Shown here: positions 23,429 to 36,316 of the stretch, piece after piece
How the letters are laid out: each line of letters begins with the position of its first letter
Position numbering within the stretch: position 1 is the first letter of the stretch
Assembly: GCA_024704765.1 (NCBI GenBank)
Contig: JAKMXF010000332.1
Location: forward strand, 8,259 to 72,258
Reading direction: 5' to 3'
Source: Oopsacas minuta
Lineage: Eukaryota; Animalia; Porifera
DNA: 64,000 nt
The notes under the pieces: model-generated
Told to the model about the DNA's origin: nothing
The model's input: only the letters and a program-made list of their open reading frames with translations
Databases searched by the model: none
Translations under genes and position numbers: made by a program

Positions 23429-24565
23429 ATGGTCAGTACAGATGAAGATGTTTACAATTTGGTGATTGATAATGGTTCAGGAATGATTAAGGCAGGATTT
23501 GCAGGAGATGATGAACCTCGTGCTGTCTTCCCAGCTATTGTGGGGAGACCTCGTCACAGTGGTGTCATGGTTGGTATGAGTCAGAAATGTTGCTATGTTG
23601 GAGATGAATCTCAGAGTATATGTGGTATCTTAACTCTACGTTATCCTATAGAACACGGTATAGTTACTAACTGGGATGATATGGAGCATATCTGGCATCA
23701 TACATTCTATAATGAGTTACGTGTAGCACCAGAAGAATGTGGAGTTCTGATGACAGAATCACCTCTCAACCCTAAGGCTAACCAAGAGAAAATGGTCCAG
23801 ATAATGTTTGAAACATTCAGCATTCCATTTCTCCATCAATGTATCCATCCTATACTATCTCTCTATGCTTCTGGTCGTACTACAGGACTTGTTATTGACT
23901 CTGGAGCAAGTGTGTCTCATGTTGTTCCTATCTTCAAGCAACATGCATGTACACAAGCAATACTACGTCAGGATATTGCAGCTGGTAGAGACTTGACTGA
24001 CTACTTGATGAAGATACTGTGTGAGCGTGGTTACTCATTTACTACGTCAGCAGAACGAGAGATAGTTCGTGATATTAAGGAGAAGTTGGGTTACGTGTCT
24101 ATAAACTTTGATGAAGAGATCCATGAGAGTGAACCTGATGATACTCTCGAGAAGAAGTATGAATTACCCGATGGACAGGTAATAACTATTGGGAATGAGA
24201 GATACCGTTGTACCGAACCAATCTTCAAGCCTTCTCTCATAGGAATGAGTGCTTGTGGGATACAAGAGCTAGTCTATAGTTCTGTCATGAAGTGTGACAT
24301 TGACTTACGTAAATACCTCTTCAAGAATATTATCCTATCTGGAGGTAACACAATGTTCTATGGATACTCACAGCGTATTGAGAAGGAAGTAACCCAATTA
24401 GCTCCAACATGTGATAAAGTAAAAGTTATAGCTCCTCCTGAGAGGAAATACAGTACTTGGATTGGAGGATCTATTCTAGCTTCAATGACTGATTTCTATA
24501 AAATCTGTATATCTCATGATGAGTATGAGGAGTATGGACCCTCTCTTGTACATAGAAGATATTAA
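23429..24565 (+). CDS. Divergent intronless actin / actin-related protein, copy 1 (378 aa)
   Basis: Collinear with actin ([62 protein letters not shown]) but with many non-canonical substitutions. Confidence 0.95.
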   Translation: MVSTDEDVYNLVIDNGSGMIKAGFAGDDEPRAVFPAIVGRPRHSGVMVGMSQKCCYVGDESQSICGILTLRYPIEHGIVTNWDDMEHIWHHTFYNELRVAPEECGVLMTESPLNPKANQEKMVQIMFETFSIPFLHQCIHPILSLYASGRTTGLVIDSGASVSHVVPIFKQHACTQAILRQDIAAGRDLTDYLMKILCERGYSFTTSAEREIVRDIKEKLGYVSINFDEEIHESEPDDTLEKKYELPDGQVITIGNERYRCTEPIFKPSLIGMSACGIQELVYSSVMKCDIDLRKYLFKNIILSGGNTMFYGYSQRIEKEVTQLAPTCDKVKVIAPPERKYSTWIGGSILASMTDFYKICISHDEYEEYGPSLVHRRY

Positions 24566-26919
24566 TTTATGTATTATATTAATATTTATATCAGTTGAAT
24601 CTGGTTATTTCTGACACCGAATTTCACGCTGAGTATCAATTAATGTACATACAAGTCGGATGGAATTGTTTAGCCAAAGTTTATACAAATGGAATGTAGG
24701 ATAAAGGATAAATTGGATTAGAAACAGGAAAATACTTTAAACAAGAAATCTAATTACTTTCTTGAAAAGAATACTATATTAGAGTATTGAACAAATTAAC
24801 TAAAATGAGGTATACATAATTGCATAAAACCCAAGTATTGTGACCAGCCAAATTCAGTGTTTCTGTCTATGCTAATGACAACTTTGAAATGTGAAATTTC
24901 GAATGGTAGACCAAAGCTTCAGAGTATTGAAACTATAAGTCAATGATACTTAAGTATTCGTACATATATGTTTCGGGTTAGTGAAATTGAAATAAAGTAG
25001 GTCAAGTATGGTTAAAGTAACTTTCTGTCACCGAAGATAACAAAAACATTGAGGCTACTTTAGAAAACTTTAGTTACTTAATAGAAGACTATATATGTTA
25101 TTTATGTATTTGAGAACCAGATGGCTATGGAAAAGAGCAGTTTCTAAATTTAAAATATTCAAGCAAAATCTGTTATTTATTTTCCAATATGGATTGTCTA
25201 GTACAGGGGTCCTCAATATAGGGCAAGAGGCACTAATGCGAACAGATAAAATATCCAAATTTCGACAATGCTCATTAATGAATGTTTACCATACAAAACG
25301 AACACTAATGGAACAAATTTTGTGCGCTTGTATTCAATATTCGTGTTTAGGTTATGAATATTAGAATTGTACTTGTGCAAATCCATTTTCGTGCATTCCA
25401 AATGAGAAATAATACAATCACAGAGCCGTAGCCATGACAATAAAAGTGGTCCTGTTGGATACAGCAGAGAAAAACAAGTGGTCAGGTAAGGCTATATAAC
25501 CTGACCAAGTGAGTGAGTTGAACTGTGCAACCTGACCAATTGATGAAATATTGGAAAAATAGCGGGCTAAGTGGTCAGGTTGAAACCTGACCAACCGGAC
25601 CAGGCTAACATTTCCATGGAACTTTGGTCCCGGACCAAACTATATGCATTAAAAATGTTAGACAGTATAATTTTACTAGTGTCAAAACAACATGGAGAAT
25701 GCCTGTTTAAATTTGTTAAGTAATCTCACATATATTTTTCAACGGATGCACTTTGAAAACCCAAGATATTTAAATTTGCAAATAATTAGTAGAGGTCGCT
25801 AGCGAGGCTAGACCTGTTCGGACTTGGGCTGGTTTTCGGCCCTCTAATTTTGGGTACAAGTAATCGCAGATGATAAATCCAATTTACATTCACTAATCAC
25901 TACATACAGTGGAACCTCGTTAATTCGAACACAAACAGATAGTCAAAGTTTGTCCGCCTTATCCGGAGTTCGTATTAATGAGAGTCTAATTTGATTAGTC
26001 CCTGGCGCCCTTACCGTACTAGTCTGATATCAAACAGGTTATCAACTAATTTATATATTTCTACTAATTGTGATTATAATATAAAGTATGGTTTCATAGC
26101 AGCTATGATTACAAAAATATTAATATTAGCCCATAAAGTTGGCAGTGATTATAATCTATTGTCCACAAGAAAGACAAACTATTCATACAAAGATAGGTTT
26201 AATAATGGCACTCTACAATAGCAAGTATAATAGTGACTACAAATATCTTATTGTATCCTTCTTTGGTAGAGTGCAACAGAGCCATAGAGATATTATATTA
26301 TTAATTCCATAGCTTTTCATGAATGCTTAAAATGTAAATACGTACTGAATCTCCACTGATTATGTTACGAACACAAATGGCGAACTTTTCATAAATCATG
26401 AACATGTCGCGTGACTCATAATCTTCTCTGGATCTCATCTAAACCAATAGAGCTTTGTTTGCATGAATTTGTATCTTATGCTCTAATTATTTAGGTTACT
26501 TGTATATTCATTGTAGTGATATACGTATGGATTATAGTATTATGTGTAGCTGTGACCTTCGTTATATAAGGTCTTACTACTATTTGAAACCATGGATTAC
26601 TTGAAGTCCATTAAATATGATAGGCAATAATATTATTCACGATAATACAAAATTGATGCATTTTGGCCTGAATAAATGTATTTTTGTTAGTTAATAATTA
26701 ACACGAGCTATGTCATCCGACGAGTCCCAGGTCGAAATTACGTCATCTGATTGGCTCGAACGGGAATATGTTGAAAATGCGTCATTATTCAAGCTCTGTC
26801 AAATGATCAATATATATCGCTTCGTCGACTCTAGAATTAACACCAATTGATCCAAGGATGTTTTCTACAAAATATCAAAAAATTGCCATAATAAAGTGCT
26901 ATGTCGCTTTTGGTTAATA

Positions 26920-27891
26920 ATCTCGGCACTTCGTGCCTCGAGTATTATGAAATTTTGATGCTTTTGTACCAGAGCTGCAAATGGACCACTGACCCATGGG
27001 TCAATGGGTCAAATGGGTCGATGGATCATGGGTCATGCTTGATGGGTCATGACCCACCAGTACTTATATGCATTTAGTGTATTTGGAAAAAATACAACGA
27101 ATTTATATGCGATTTGCCACATATTAATGTCTAAAAGGTATTAGTATTATCAACAATTATGTTTTGTCAAGTTAATATTATTGTTAAAAAAATTTAATAA
27201 TGCTAAAAATTGAATTGCAATTGTTATCTAATTAGCCATGCGGATTTTTGTAATCCAAGGATCTTCAGCAGAAAGTGAGAGGCATTTTAATCCTTTTAAT
27301 GCTCGGAATATTATAAATTACCAACGAAATTCAATGTTACCCGAGACTGTGTAGGCTGTCTCGGTAGTTTTGGAGGGATACAAACCACCATAATTTCATG
27401 CATTAAATTAAATCATTTTCAACATGAATCTCTTAGTATTAAACTGTATTGAGTTAATGGGTCAAGATGGGTCACGAGATAATTGATAGGTCATGGGTCA
27501 CTTGGTAGGACCCATTTGTAGCTCTGTTTTGTACAGTAATGATGACGTAATAATCCCATGATTAGTTAGCTTTTGGTCAGAATCGGACGTCAGGACATCT
27601 GTCACATTTAGAGGTACCTGCGATTCAAATTTCAAACTTCTATCATGTATATTGACTGAGCAATGGTAAATAGTGTGATTTTTCGACAATCAAAGAAGGT
27701 GACAATTACGTCATAATTTCGTCATGTGAATTTCCTCCAAGACTCGAACTTGTCCGAGCCAGACCCAAAATACCCCTGTATGCCCAAAATCAGCCCTGGG
27801 GGCTGCCAGTTTCATCAATCAATTCTGGGCATAAGAACATATCTAAATATACATATATACACACAGATTAGTTCGATTTAATAATATAGAT
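26920..27891 (-). mobile_element. Helitron-like non-autonomous relic, interrupted by a hAT MITE, head-to-head with a related copy at ~27900-28320 (+)
   Basis: The minus strand begins A|TCTATATTATTAAATC, a Helitron-like 5' end, and has a GGCAC-GAA-GTGCC hairpin distally. ~27530-27830 is an inverted homolog of ~27935-28230. Boundaries are approximate. Confidence 0.45.
26970..27526. mobile_element. hAT-type MITE with a perfect 8-bp TSD
   Basis: TIRs CAGAGCT(G/A)CAAATGG, repeated ATGGGTCA subterminal motifs, and TSD TTTTGTAC at 26962-26969 and 27527-27534. Confidence 0.92.
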
Positions 27892-30800
27892 ATACGTGAG
27901 TTTATATGTTAGAAATTGATTGAAGAATGAAGAAACGGAAGACCCCAGGGCTGAATTTTGGCATATAGGGGTACTTTGATCCTGGCTGGGACAAGTTGAG
28001 TTTTGGAAGAAAATTCGCACCTATGATGAAATAAGACGTAATTGTCGCTATTTTGGATTTTCGAAAAAGCATGTTATTAGCCACGGCTCAGCCAATATAC
28101 GTACATAATAGAAGTTTAAGCTCAGGTGCCCCTCAATATGCCAAATGTCGATGTTATTATTTTAACCAAATACAAACGTATCGTGGGATTATTACGTCAT
28201 CTTTATGGTACAAAAATGAAAATTCTAAAATTTGATATTTAATGATAAGGAGCGCGCTTCGCTTGCTGGCGCAGTATTAGCGAACACTTCATGTATTTGT
28301 TGAGCTCAGCACTTCGTGCCTTGACTTATTTCATAGAACAACAATAGTACATTTGAGAAACTTGAAAAAGCGAGATTCGGATTCAGCGGACTTTATTTTA
28401 CACTATATTACTTGTTGAGAGTAAGTCTCTACCCATATTTAAGATTAGGCAAATTTGCTACATTATATTTATAAAACAACAAATGAATTTACATATAATT
28501 CATTCAATGGTGTGAAAATCAGATTCTGCATATTCGATATACAGTACTCCTCAAACCAAGTTATATTGAATTTTGCTTACTTTTTGATAAACACGATAAA
28601 GAGCTAGTACAATAATAAAATTCCTTGGTGGTTTCAAATGTAACTGTCCTCTAATAATCCTGCATTTAAACAATGTATAGTTTATATATCTAATTCAAAT
28701 ATAAATAGAAACATCTAAAATACAATAGAAAGTTAGAGTCATGATAATTATTCTGTATAATGAGCACTTTTAGGAGTTGAAAACCAGAATATGAAAGAGC
28801 AGCTCTATGTTTAGAGCGTGCTGATATGATATTCTTTTCTTTCTTACGAAATAAGACATTACATTCACTCAGTCCATCATCTGGACTGGATTATCCAATT
28901 GTGCAGCCAACAAACGCATGCGGGTCAGAGTCAAACAACTAATTCTTTCTCTAATAACTTGCGCGGAGTAGAAGGTGGAGCGGGCTCCACCTTCCACCTC
29001 CTACTTCACAAAGTAAGCTCACTTCAGGAACATTATTCAATAAGAAAACAAAGAATGGCTAACTTTGGAATTGCAGCTTTCTATTATGTTTATATTCAGA
29101 AAATTATGTGGAATAAGGTGTTTTATGGTAATAGGAGAAGACAATCTGTATACGTATAAGATATAGTGGATACCATTCTGTTGGCGAAATATGTAAAGTA
29201 AACAATTAAATTGGATCGAGTCACCGAACATTTGCAATCAACAAGTAATGAATATTGTTGTCATATAATTAATCATATTTCACACCTTTTGGCTGATAAT
29301 TTCAATTATGCTAGAGAAGTGGTTTCGAAGGGTATTATGGGGTAATCAGCTAGGCTGATTCCAAATTTTGTGAATATCAGTTGTTGTTTAAGTGCATACA
29401 GTAAATACATTTCCAAATAGTAAACATCCTTTCAACAGTTATGCTGAGTAATCAACTATATGCGAATAAGAATTTCGCATTTCAAGTTTCTCCTATGTAA
29501 TTTGATAAATTTGCTATTGATAATTTGCTTAATTCGGGGCACGAAGTGCTGAGCTGAGGCACAGACTTACACGAAGTGTTCGTAAAGCCGCGGCGCAGTG
29601 CGAGCAAGAGAATCGCGCTGGTTGTCCTATAAATTACATTTTATTAGTGTAATTGAATTGATATTAGGGTAATAGGAAGAGCTACAAACTTTAATGTGAA
29701 TTATTCACATATACTTAGTGGCGGAACTTAGAACATATTTTTTAAAATTATGTTTTCGTTTTAGTGGTCTCTTGAATATATTTGGGAATATCTTTGGGAA
29801 TATCTTTCCATAGCAACGCGAAGAATGTCTCAGGAAAGTGGCAACATTGCTTTCTCAAATTTGTTCTAACCTCATCGAGTGACGTATTTCGACTCTGGTC
29901 AGTCTTTAGAGACCAAACAACTGCTTAACTCTGTATAGTCATTTAATATGTTCCTTCAAATGGTCCCAACTACTCGTTATTTACTCTGTACCCCACAGGG
30001 ACAAATCTCTTTTCGATTGGGCTCCTTCTCAAATAGCTACGTAATTCGACTATGTAGTTTAAAATGGCACTAGCCTCAACTTCTGAAGTAGTTTGAAACT
30101 AAAATTAAAAGCAAAAGTAAACGGCGGACACGCCCTAAGGTTTATGCAAATATAATAACTTGCTCAAGGGTGTCAGCTTGGTGTCAGCTTGGTGCCAGGT
30201 AGAGATTCTAGAACATGCTAGAGGTCAAGAAAACATCAAAAGTCTTCCTTCTAACACAACACAAGTTACCCCTGGTGTCCGGAATTATGTGTTAACAAGA
30301 ACTTTCACTCTATGCTATCTGATTTTCTATAGACTTTCATAGAAAGTATCATTATCCAGTGCGAACATACTACTCGTATGTTATTAGGTAACTTAGCACA
30401 TATGAAATAACCGCAGTAAAATCTGCAATGAACAGTTCACCACTAAATATATTGGAATACAACCATATCAAAGTTATAAACACAAAAATAAGGTCTTTTA
30501 TGACGCGCCAATACGAAGCTTAGATTGCTAAAATTTGATTCCGTCATGTCTCATATGCAATAATAATAATACTGCCAACATAATACTATATCGTGAGCTG
30601 TAAATTAACTATTAACATGAAAGGTTTTAAAGCCAAATTGTAATAATGGTTAGATATCTTGACCTTTACATACACCCAAACTTTATGTTATTTTAGATAA
30701 CATTCAGATTTTAACATTAACATTGTAAATGTTCAATGTTAACCGTGCTGGTAAAACCAGATGTGATTAATAATCACTTGGTAGTATAAGATATTCTCCT

Positions 30801-31263
30801 GAGTATACTAATATATGATAGGTACTGCAAGTAGTGATGCAGCGGTCAGGCTAAGATCGCGGTCCTATCCGGACCGCTGCAACTCTAACAGGATGGGAAG
30901 AATCAAATAACATACCGTATGCTAGCAGCGGCTAACCTAGAAATTGGGAAAACGAAATGTACATTCTTTAGTCGTATAAGGTGTATGGGGGGTATAAATA
31001 TATCACAAACCAAATCTTTTAATTAATTATTCTGCTGACAACAATTGAAATGTATACACATGTAAGCACGTTAAAGATATTTTAAAGAGTAAAGCGATCA
31101 AAAAGCGAAAGGCAAACGTGAAGTATAGGTAAATATTGACCACTCTCACAAAAGTCTACTTAACTTCATAAAGTAGAATGAATGATTAATTAAGGTGGTC
31201 TATAGAACCTCTACTTTGAGTCATATTAATGATATATATGTACTGGATATACTATATATCTAT

Positions 31264-31422
31264 AGGGGCTGCACAAACATTACATAACGCTACAAGGGGA
31301 GGGGGTGGTATGTGAAGTGTGACAGCTCGATTCATTTTTAATACAAAACGGTGAAAGGTATGGCACAGGGAGGGGGTGTCAAAATTTATGGAATTTGCAT
31401 TACGTAACGATTTAACGACCTC
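31264..31422. mobile_element. Degenerate PIF/Harbinger (Tourist-like) MITE
   Basis: Starts GGGGCTGCACAAACATTACATAACG and ends in a decayed complement CATTACGTAACGATTTAACGACCTC. Confidence 0.45.
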
Positions 31423-31628
31423 ATATATCAATAAGAATACAAGAGCGAAGTGTTCGCATACCGCGCAGCGCAAGTAAGCAAAGCTTGCATGTATTCATAA
31501 TCGGATAAGTAGTAGGAAATTGTTTATATAACAATTGTGCAATATACAAGTGGATATTTAAGTAGAATTATAATTTTCCCCAAGAAAAGGTGACCATAAT
31601 GTGCGCAAAATTAAGTCGGCAATATGTA

Positions 31629-32434
31629 CTATCATGGCCTACTATATACACGGCTAGCTAAGCAAAATATTGCCAAAATAATATCCAGGCCATTGATTAT
31701 ATTCTCTTTGATCATGAAGAATTGAAGTTATCATTACAAACTCAACTGTAAATAGGATTCCACATACGGCGGAGACATCTAGAATACTTTGGAACCTGCT
31801 TTTCAAGTTATTTTAACCACAATGACGCAATCAAAGTTCATGCTCATATGTGGTAATTTTTTTCATTTTTATCAATTTTTTCAGAAACTCTCAAAACTTA
31901 AACTAATCTTTTCATCAAAATACCTTCTACTTGTTAAATGTTAGTTTAAGTAACCAAAAAATGATCTTCATTTTCATAAACACTCGCTAAATAATCATTT
32001 TTATAATATTCACCGTAAATACAGCATTAAAAATTCAATCCTTCGAAGGAATTTCATCAAAAAATGTATGCAAACACAAAATAAGTCATTATTGTTAACC
32101 ACTTTATAAGTATATTTAATACAGTATTTCTATTGTGTTTTGTGCTAAGTTAATACGAATCATGATCCATTTCATGGGATTCGTGGGTTTTCGATATATT
32201 GGTATTTATTAGTAAAATCATTACCATAATTGAAGGTGAACCTTGATTGCGTCATTGTGGTCATAATAACTTGGAAATCAGGTTCAAAAGTATTCTAGAT
32301 GTCTCCACCATATGTGGAACCTCTATACAGTTGAATTTGTAATGATAACTTCAGAATATGATCAATGGCCTGGATATTATTTTATTTTGGCAATTCCTTG
32401 CTTAGCTAGCCGTGTATATAGTAGGCCATGATAC
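31629..32434. mobile_element. Non-autonomous long-TIR element (~210-bp inverted arms, Tc1-like ends)
   Basis: TCATGGCCTACTATATACACGGCTAGCTAAGC...CACAATGACGCAATCAA is mirrored at ~32240-32434, with TA flanks. Confidence 0.8.
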
Positions 32435-34144
32435 TATATTTATCTTGTTTGCATTAATATCATGTAATTATAAATTTTCAAATTACCGTTAAAAACTTGC
32501 TCCCAACGGCTATATATTCTGTTGAGAGTAAGTTTCTACAGATATTTAGTTGTGAGACCGCCAGTGGCGCGGAGATCAGCTTGTCCTTCGAATTAGACAA
32601 TTAATATTTCCTAAAATGAAAATATACTTCTTTTAATAAAATCTGATAGCGTCATTTTAATTGTGAATATCCTCAAAACCAATTTGGTCATTTCTATGAT
32701 TTTGGAATAATTTTACTGAAGAAAGTTTGATTGAATTCTTGCAAAATAATTCATGAATTTAAAAAATACATAAAATATTTGTAATTTTTATGTTTGTATA
32801 TAAATACTCATTAACTACTATTCAGAAATATACTTCATTCATTCAGCACCAATAAGCACTAATTCCCATACAAGATATGAAAATAATTATCTAAGCCATT
32901 CGATGCTAAATAAGTTTTCCCAAAGGTAAATTGTCGACAGCATGAAAATCGATGGTATAACTGTTGCTTGGAATGCTACATAGTTTGACTTGTCATCCTT
33001 GTCCCTAAAGGATATCTGTAAGCATGATTTATTAATGTTTGAGTGAACAGTTCATTATACAGATTAAATGGCTCTAAAAGATAGAAATACACAATATCAT
33101 GCCATGCACAGAGATGGTTGTGATGTTATGCTAGTAATTAATTAAAATTAGGATTGTAGAGAAGCTATAATAAATTGAAAAAGATACAAAGTAAAGATTA
33201 CTCCAGAAGCTATATAGTATAGTATCTTATAAATATTTGTAAAGACATCTCTTGAAAGGACATTTTAGAACAGATATAATGCAATCTTAAGAGGGCAAAT
33301 GTTGATTAGTTTACCTGTGCTAAGGTAGTAAAGTTCCTAGCCAATATGTCCTAATAAGGGAAATAGGTAAAGAAACAAGAGAATGAACATTAAGTCACTA
33401 AATTTGATATACGATATAGGAATATGTACAACCTCATGCCTCGCCTTACAAAGTTATAGCGATGCAGTATGTAATAATAGTAGAGAACAAATTACACAAC
33501 TTTTTAGGTTTAATATATGTGTAATACAATAGCCACAAATAATTATTGCAGGGTAGATAATTGGCGGAGTATACTAATTAATTAGAAAGTAAATTTCCAA
33601 AAAAGAAACAATAAGAAAGTATTTTCGATTATAATGTCCAAGTCATGTTATTTAGGTAGGACAAACAGTTTCTAGCCTAATAAATATCTTATGGCTGGTG
33701 GGAAGGACAGAGGGCGTAACCTATGAACCAATTAGATTATGTTAATTATATTTCTCTTAAGAGTACGTGGTTTAGAAATAATCCCTTCTTACTCAATGAA
33801 TGGCGCAAGCGATTAACCATCATTTTCAATATACAATACGAATTCGAGGTGTATCAAATCATAATAAAAGTGCAACCAAGAGTATTAAATGAAAACTCGT
33901 GGAAACACTAACTGCTTAGAGCGATAATTCACATATTTGAAAGGTAGAAACTAAATTGTATAACATATTTTATAAGTTTAATTCATTGCAATAAAGTTAA
34001 AATTTGGTAAAAGCCAGACTTTGAAAAGTGATACACAAATATTGAGTATTTCTTTAGAGAAAAAAGTCAGGTTAGCGATAAAATATCCGAGAAAAGGACA
34101 AAGCAAACATTGAGATTTGCGTGATATAATTTTAAACAGTGTAG

Positions 34145-36316
34145 TTAATAGAAGTTGGGACGAAGATTCAAATAGATCAACTTAGAGTATCTTGTGTTAG
34201 GTAAGTAATCGAGAGCGTATTGACAAAGATCAGTGTTTTTAGTTATTATCAAGGCACATAGGGTCTCGAGTTTGGGCGGGGCAAGCCCCTCTATTGACGG
34301 GTGAGACAGAATTAACTTCCGTTCTTCTTCTTGGAAAGAATTAGGATTATCATGAGCATATTGATAGAACGTGTTTCCTGACCTGTCAAGTGTCAATGGA
34401 TAAGTACCGACATTAAGTAGATGGATTAGTTCATTTGATAGGACTTCTTTAGCAGCAACATGTAGACCTGCGTTCCCAGTTATAGGAGATCTAAAGTTCA
34501 TATCAATTTGTAAATCAACCAGAAAATCGATCATGTCTGTCATTTTCACATCAAACGTATTGTTCTGGATCATAGCGAAGTTTCCCAATTCATGACCTAC
34601 GCTATGATGTAGATCTGCATTAAGAACAAGTTTGTGAGAGTCGTAACAAGTAATGGACACAATAGCAGTGAGGATATCGTGACGGATAAGGTAATAAGGG
34701 TAAAAGTAGTGGATATAATTCTGAATTCGTTCAAAACTCTTGAAATAATGATCTGAAGGACTATGCGTTGTCTGCCACCATAGATACAGGAAGAGGTGAA
34801 TAGGAATGCAGATTAATTCAAGTGATAAAAACAATGAAGCGATATCTTCAACCTTCTCAACTCTCCTGAAAATAGGTATAATAATTTCATTCAAATAAGA
34901 CTCTAGCCTATCCAAATACATCTGCTTTACTGGCATATCAAGATGTTGAGTCAGCATGATAAGACAGGTAAACTCCTTCCATGCCTGTCGGAGGATCTTG
35001 TTTATATGGACATCAGTTGAAGTATGTTTAGGTGTTGGAGGGAAAGGTTGTAGGAAACATTGAAACGAAAGTGAAATGAGATATCTCAAAGGTCTCCTGA
35101 AACATTGCTCTAGACTTGAGCTGTTCAAGAGGATAGTAAGATAAAGTAACAAACGAGACCGCATTGTACTGTTGTTGATGTTAGTACGCTGTGCAGACAT
35201 CCACACGGTTGAAGAGTAGAGTACTTGTAGTATCGGATTCTCGTGTACTTTCTCTGCTTGTGCTACATTCTTAGCTTCAGGGTACTTCAGAAATTGAGAA
35301 TGTAGGACTGGTTTGATCCCGTGTTTAACATGTGACACCATGGACTGCCTGATAGAGTAATTGTACCTATCAGTGTCATGATGAAGGGGCACCAGGCTCA
35401 TAGAGAGCATTGATAAGATGTCAGAAATTAAGAGTTCAGATATTTGACAGAGTTCTTTAGCCATGTTGATATTGGGCTGAGTAATTACTTGTCTCCGTTT
35501 GTGGTACCGGAAATCAGGAATAAGAGCAGGTTCGGATCGTTTGTTGTCATAGAGAACTGCGTAAAACAAAGGTGTGTGGTTGAATTTATCCTTCGAGAGA
35601 ATCGCACCAGCATCAAGAAGTTTTTTCACAATATTCTTTGATTCTGTGTTAACTGCGAGGTGTAGAGGCGTTTTACCTTTCGAGTTTTGAATATTTACAT
35701 CTGCTCTGTGCTCGATTAGAAAATTGACTGCTTGGAATTCTTGATTCTCTGCTGCAAAATGTAGTGCAGTGTTACCGGATTTCGTAGTTTGATTTATATC
35801 AACATTGTTTTCGGCTAGAATTTTCGCTATATCCAAATTCCAATGATTCACACACTTTATCAATGATGGACGGAAACTGGGAAGTTCAAATCTTCCACCA
35901 AAATTTCTGCATTGTAGCTCAAGCAAGAATTTGACTATCGGAGCGTTTTGCATTTCTATCGCACAGTTGAGTGAGGAAATTGGAGTGTTGTTTGAGAGAC
36001 AGAGCATGACAGGTTGCAGGTTGGACATGAGTTGCTTGGATTCGAGCATCTTCATCCAGGGTATACGATTACATTTCATCAATTTTATCCAAAGTGACTG
36101 AATATCTGATGGCGGTCCAACTCCATAAAAGAGTACAAGTTTGTAGAACACTCTGTCATAGCTGTGAATTGACTTCATTTTTCGAAAAAATTCGTCCGTT
36201 TTGGATTCGTCAATGAGTTCATATAATCTGTCTTTTGTATCTTTATGTCTACTCCGTTGAGAAATTAATCGAGCAGAGATTGTGTCTCTCAAACCAGTGA
36301 AGTTTCTTTCAGCCAT
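34145..36316 (-). CDS. Intronless ankyrin-repeat protein (723 aa) with FEM-1/ASB-like layout and a C-terminal BC/SOCS-box-like motif
   Basis: Ankyrin repeats (SGNTALHFAA, KGKTPLHLAV, HTPLFYA), a helical middle region, a late ankyrin (GNAGLHVAA) and PPKLETLCALII. Confidence 0.85.
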   Translation of the reverse strand: MAERNFTGLRDTISARLISQRSRHKDTKDRLYELIDESKTDEFFRKMKSIHSYDRVFYKLVLFYGVGPPSDIQSLWIKLMKCNRIPWMKMLESKQLMSNLQPVMLCLSNNTPISSLNCAIEMQNAPIVKFLLELQCRNFGGRFELPSFRPSLIKCVNHWNLDIAKILAENNVDINQTTKSGNTALHFAAENQEFQAVNFLIEHRADVNIQNSKGKTPLHLAVNTESKNIVKKLLDAGAILSKDKFNHTPLFYAVLYDNKRSEPALIPDFRYHKRRQVITQPNINMAKELCQISELLISDILSMLSMSLVPLHHDTDRYNYSIRQSMVSHVKHGIKPVLHSQFLKYPEAKNVAQAEKVHENPILQVLYSSTVWMSAQRTNINNSTMRSRLLLYLTILLNSSSLEQCFRRPLRYLISLSFQCFLQPFPPTPKHTSTDVHINKILRQAWKEFTCLIMLTQHLDMPVKQMYLDRLESYLNEIIIPIFRRVEKVEDIASLFLSLELICIPIHLFLYLWWQTTHSPSDHYFKSFERIQNYIHYFYPYYLIRHDILTAIVSITCYDSHKLVLNADLHHSVGHELGNFAMIQNNTFDVKMTDMIDFLVDLQIDMNFRSPITGNAGLHVAAKEVLSNELIHLLNVGTYPLTLDRSGNTFYQYAHDNPNSFQEEERKLILSHPSIEGLAPPKLETLCALIITKNTDLCQYALDYLPNTRYSKLIYLNLRPNFY

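Noticed and set aside
28971-28994. GAAGGTGGAG-CGGG-CTCCACCTTC hairpin as a terminator
   Set aside because: Eukaryotic context with no U-tract or associated gene; likely a repeat remnant.
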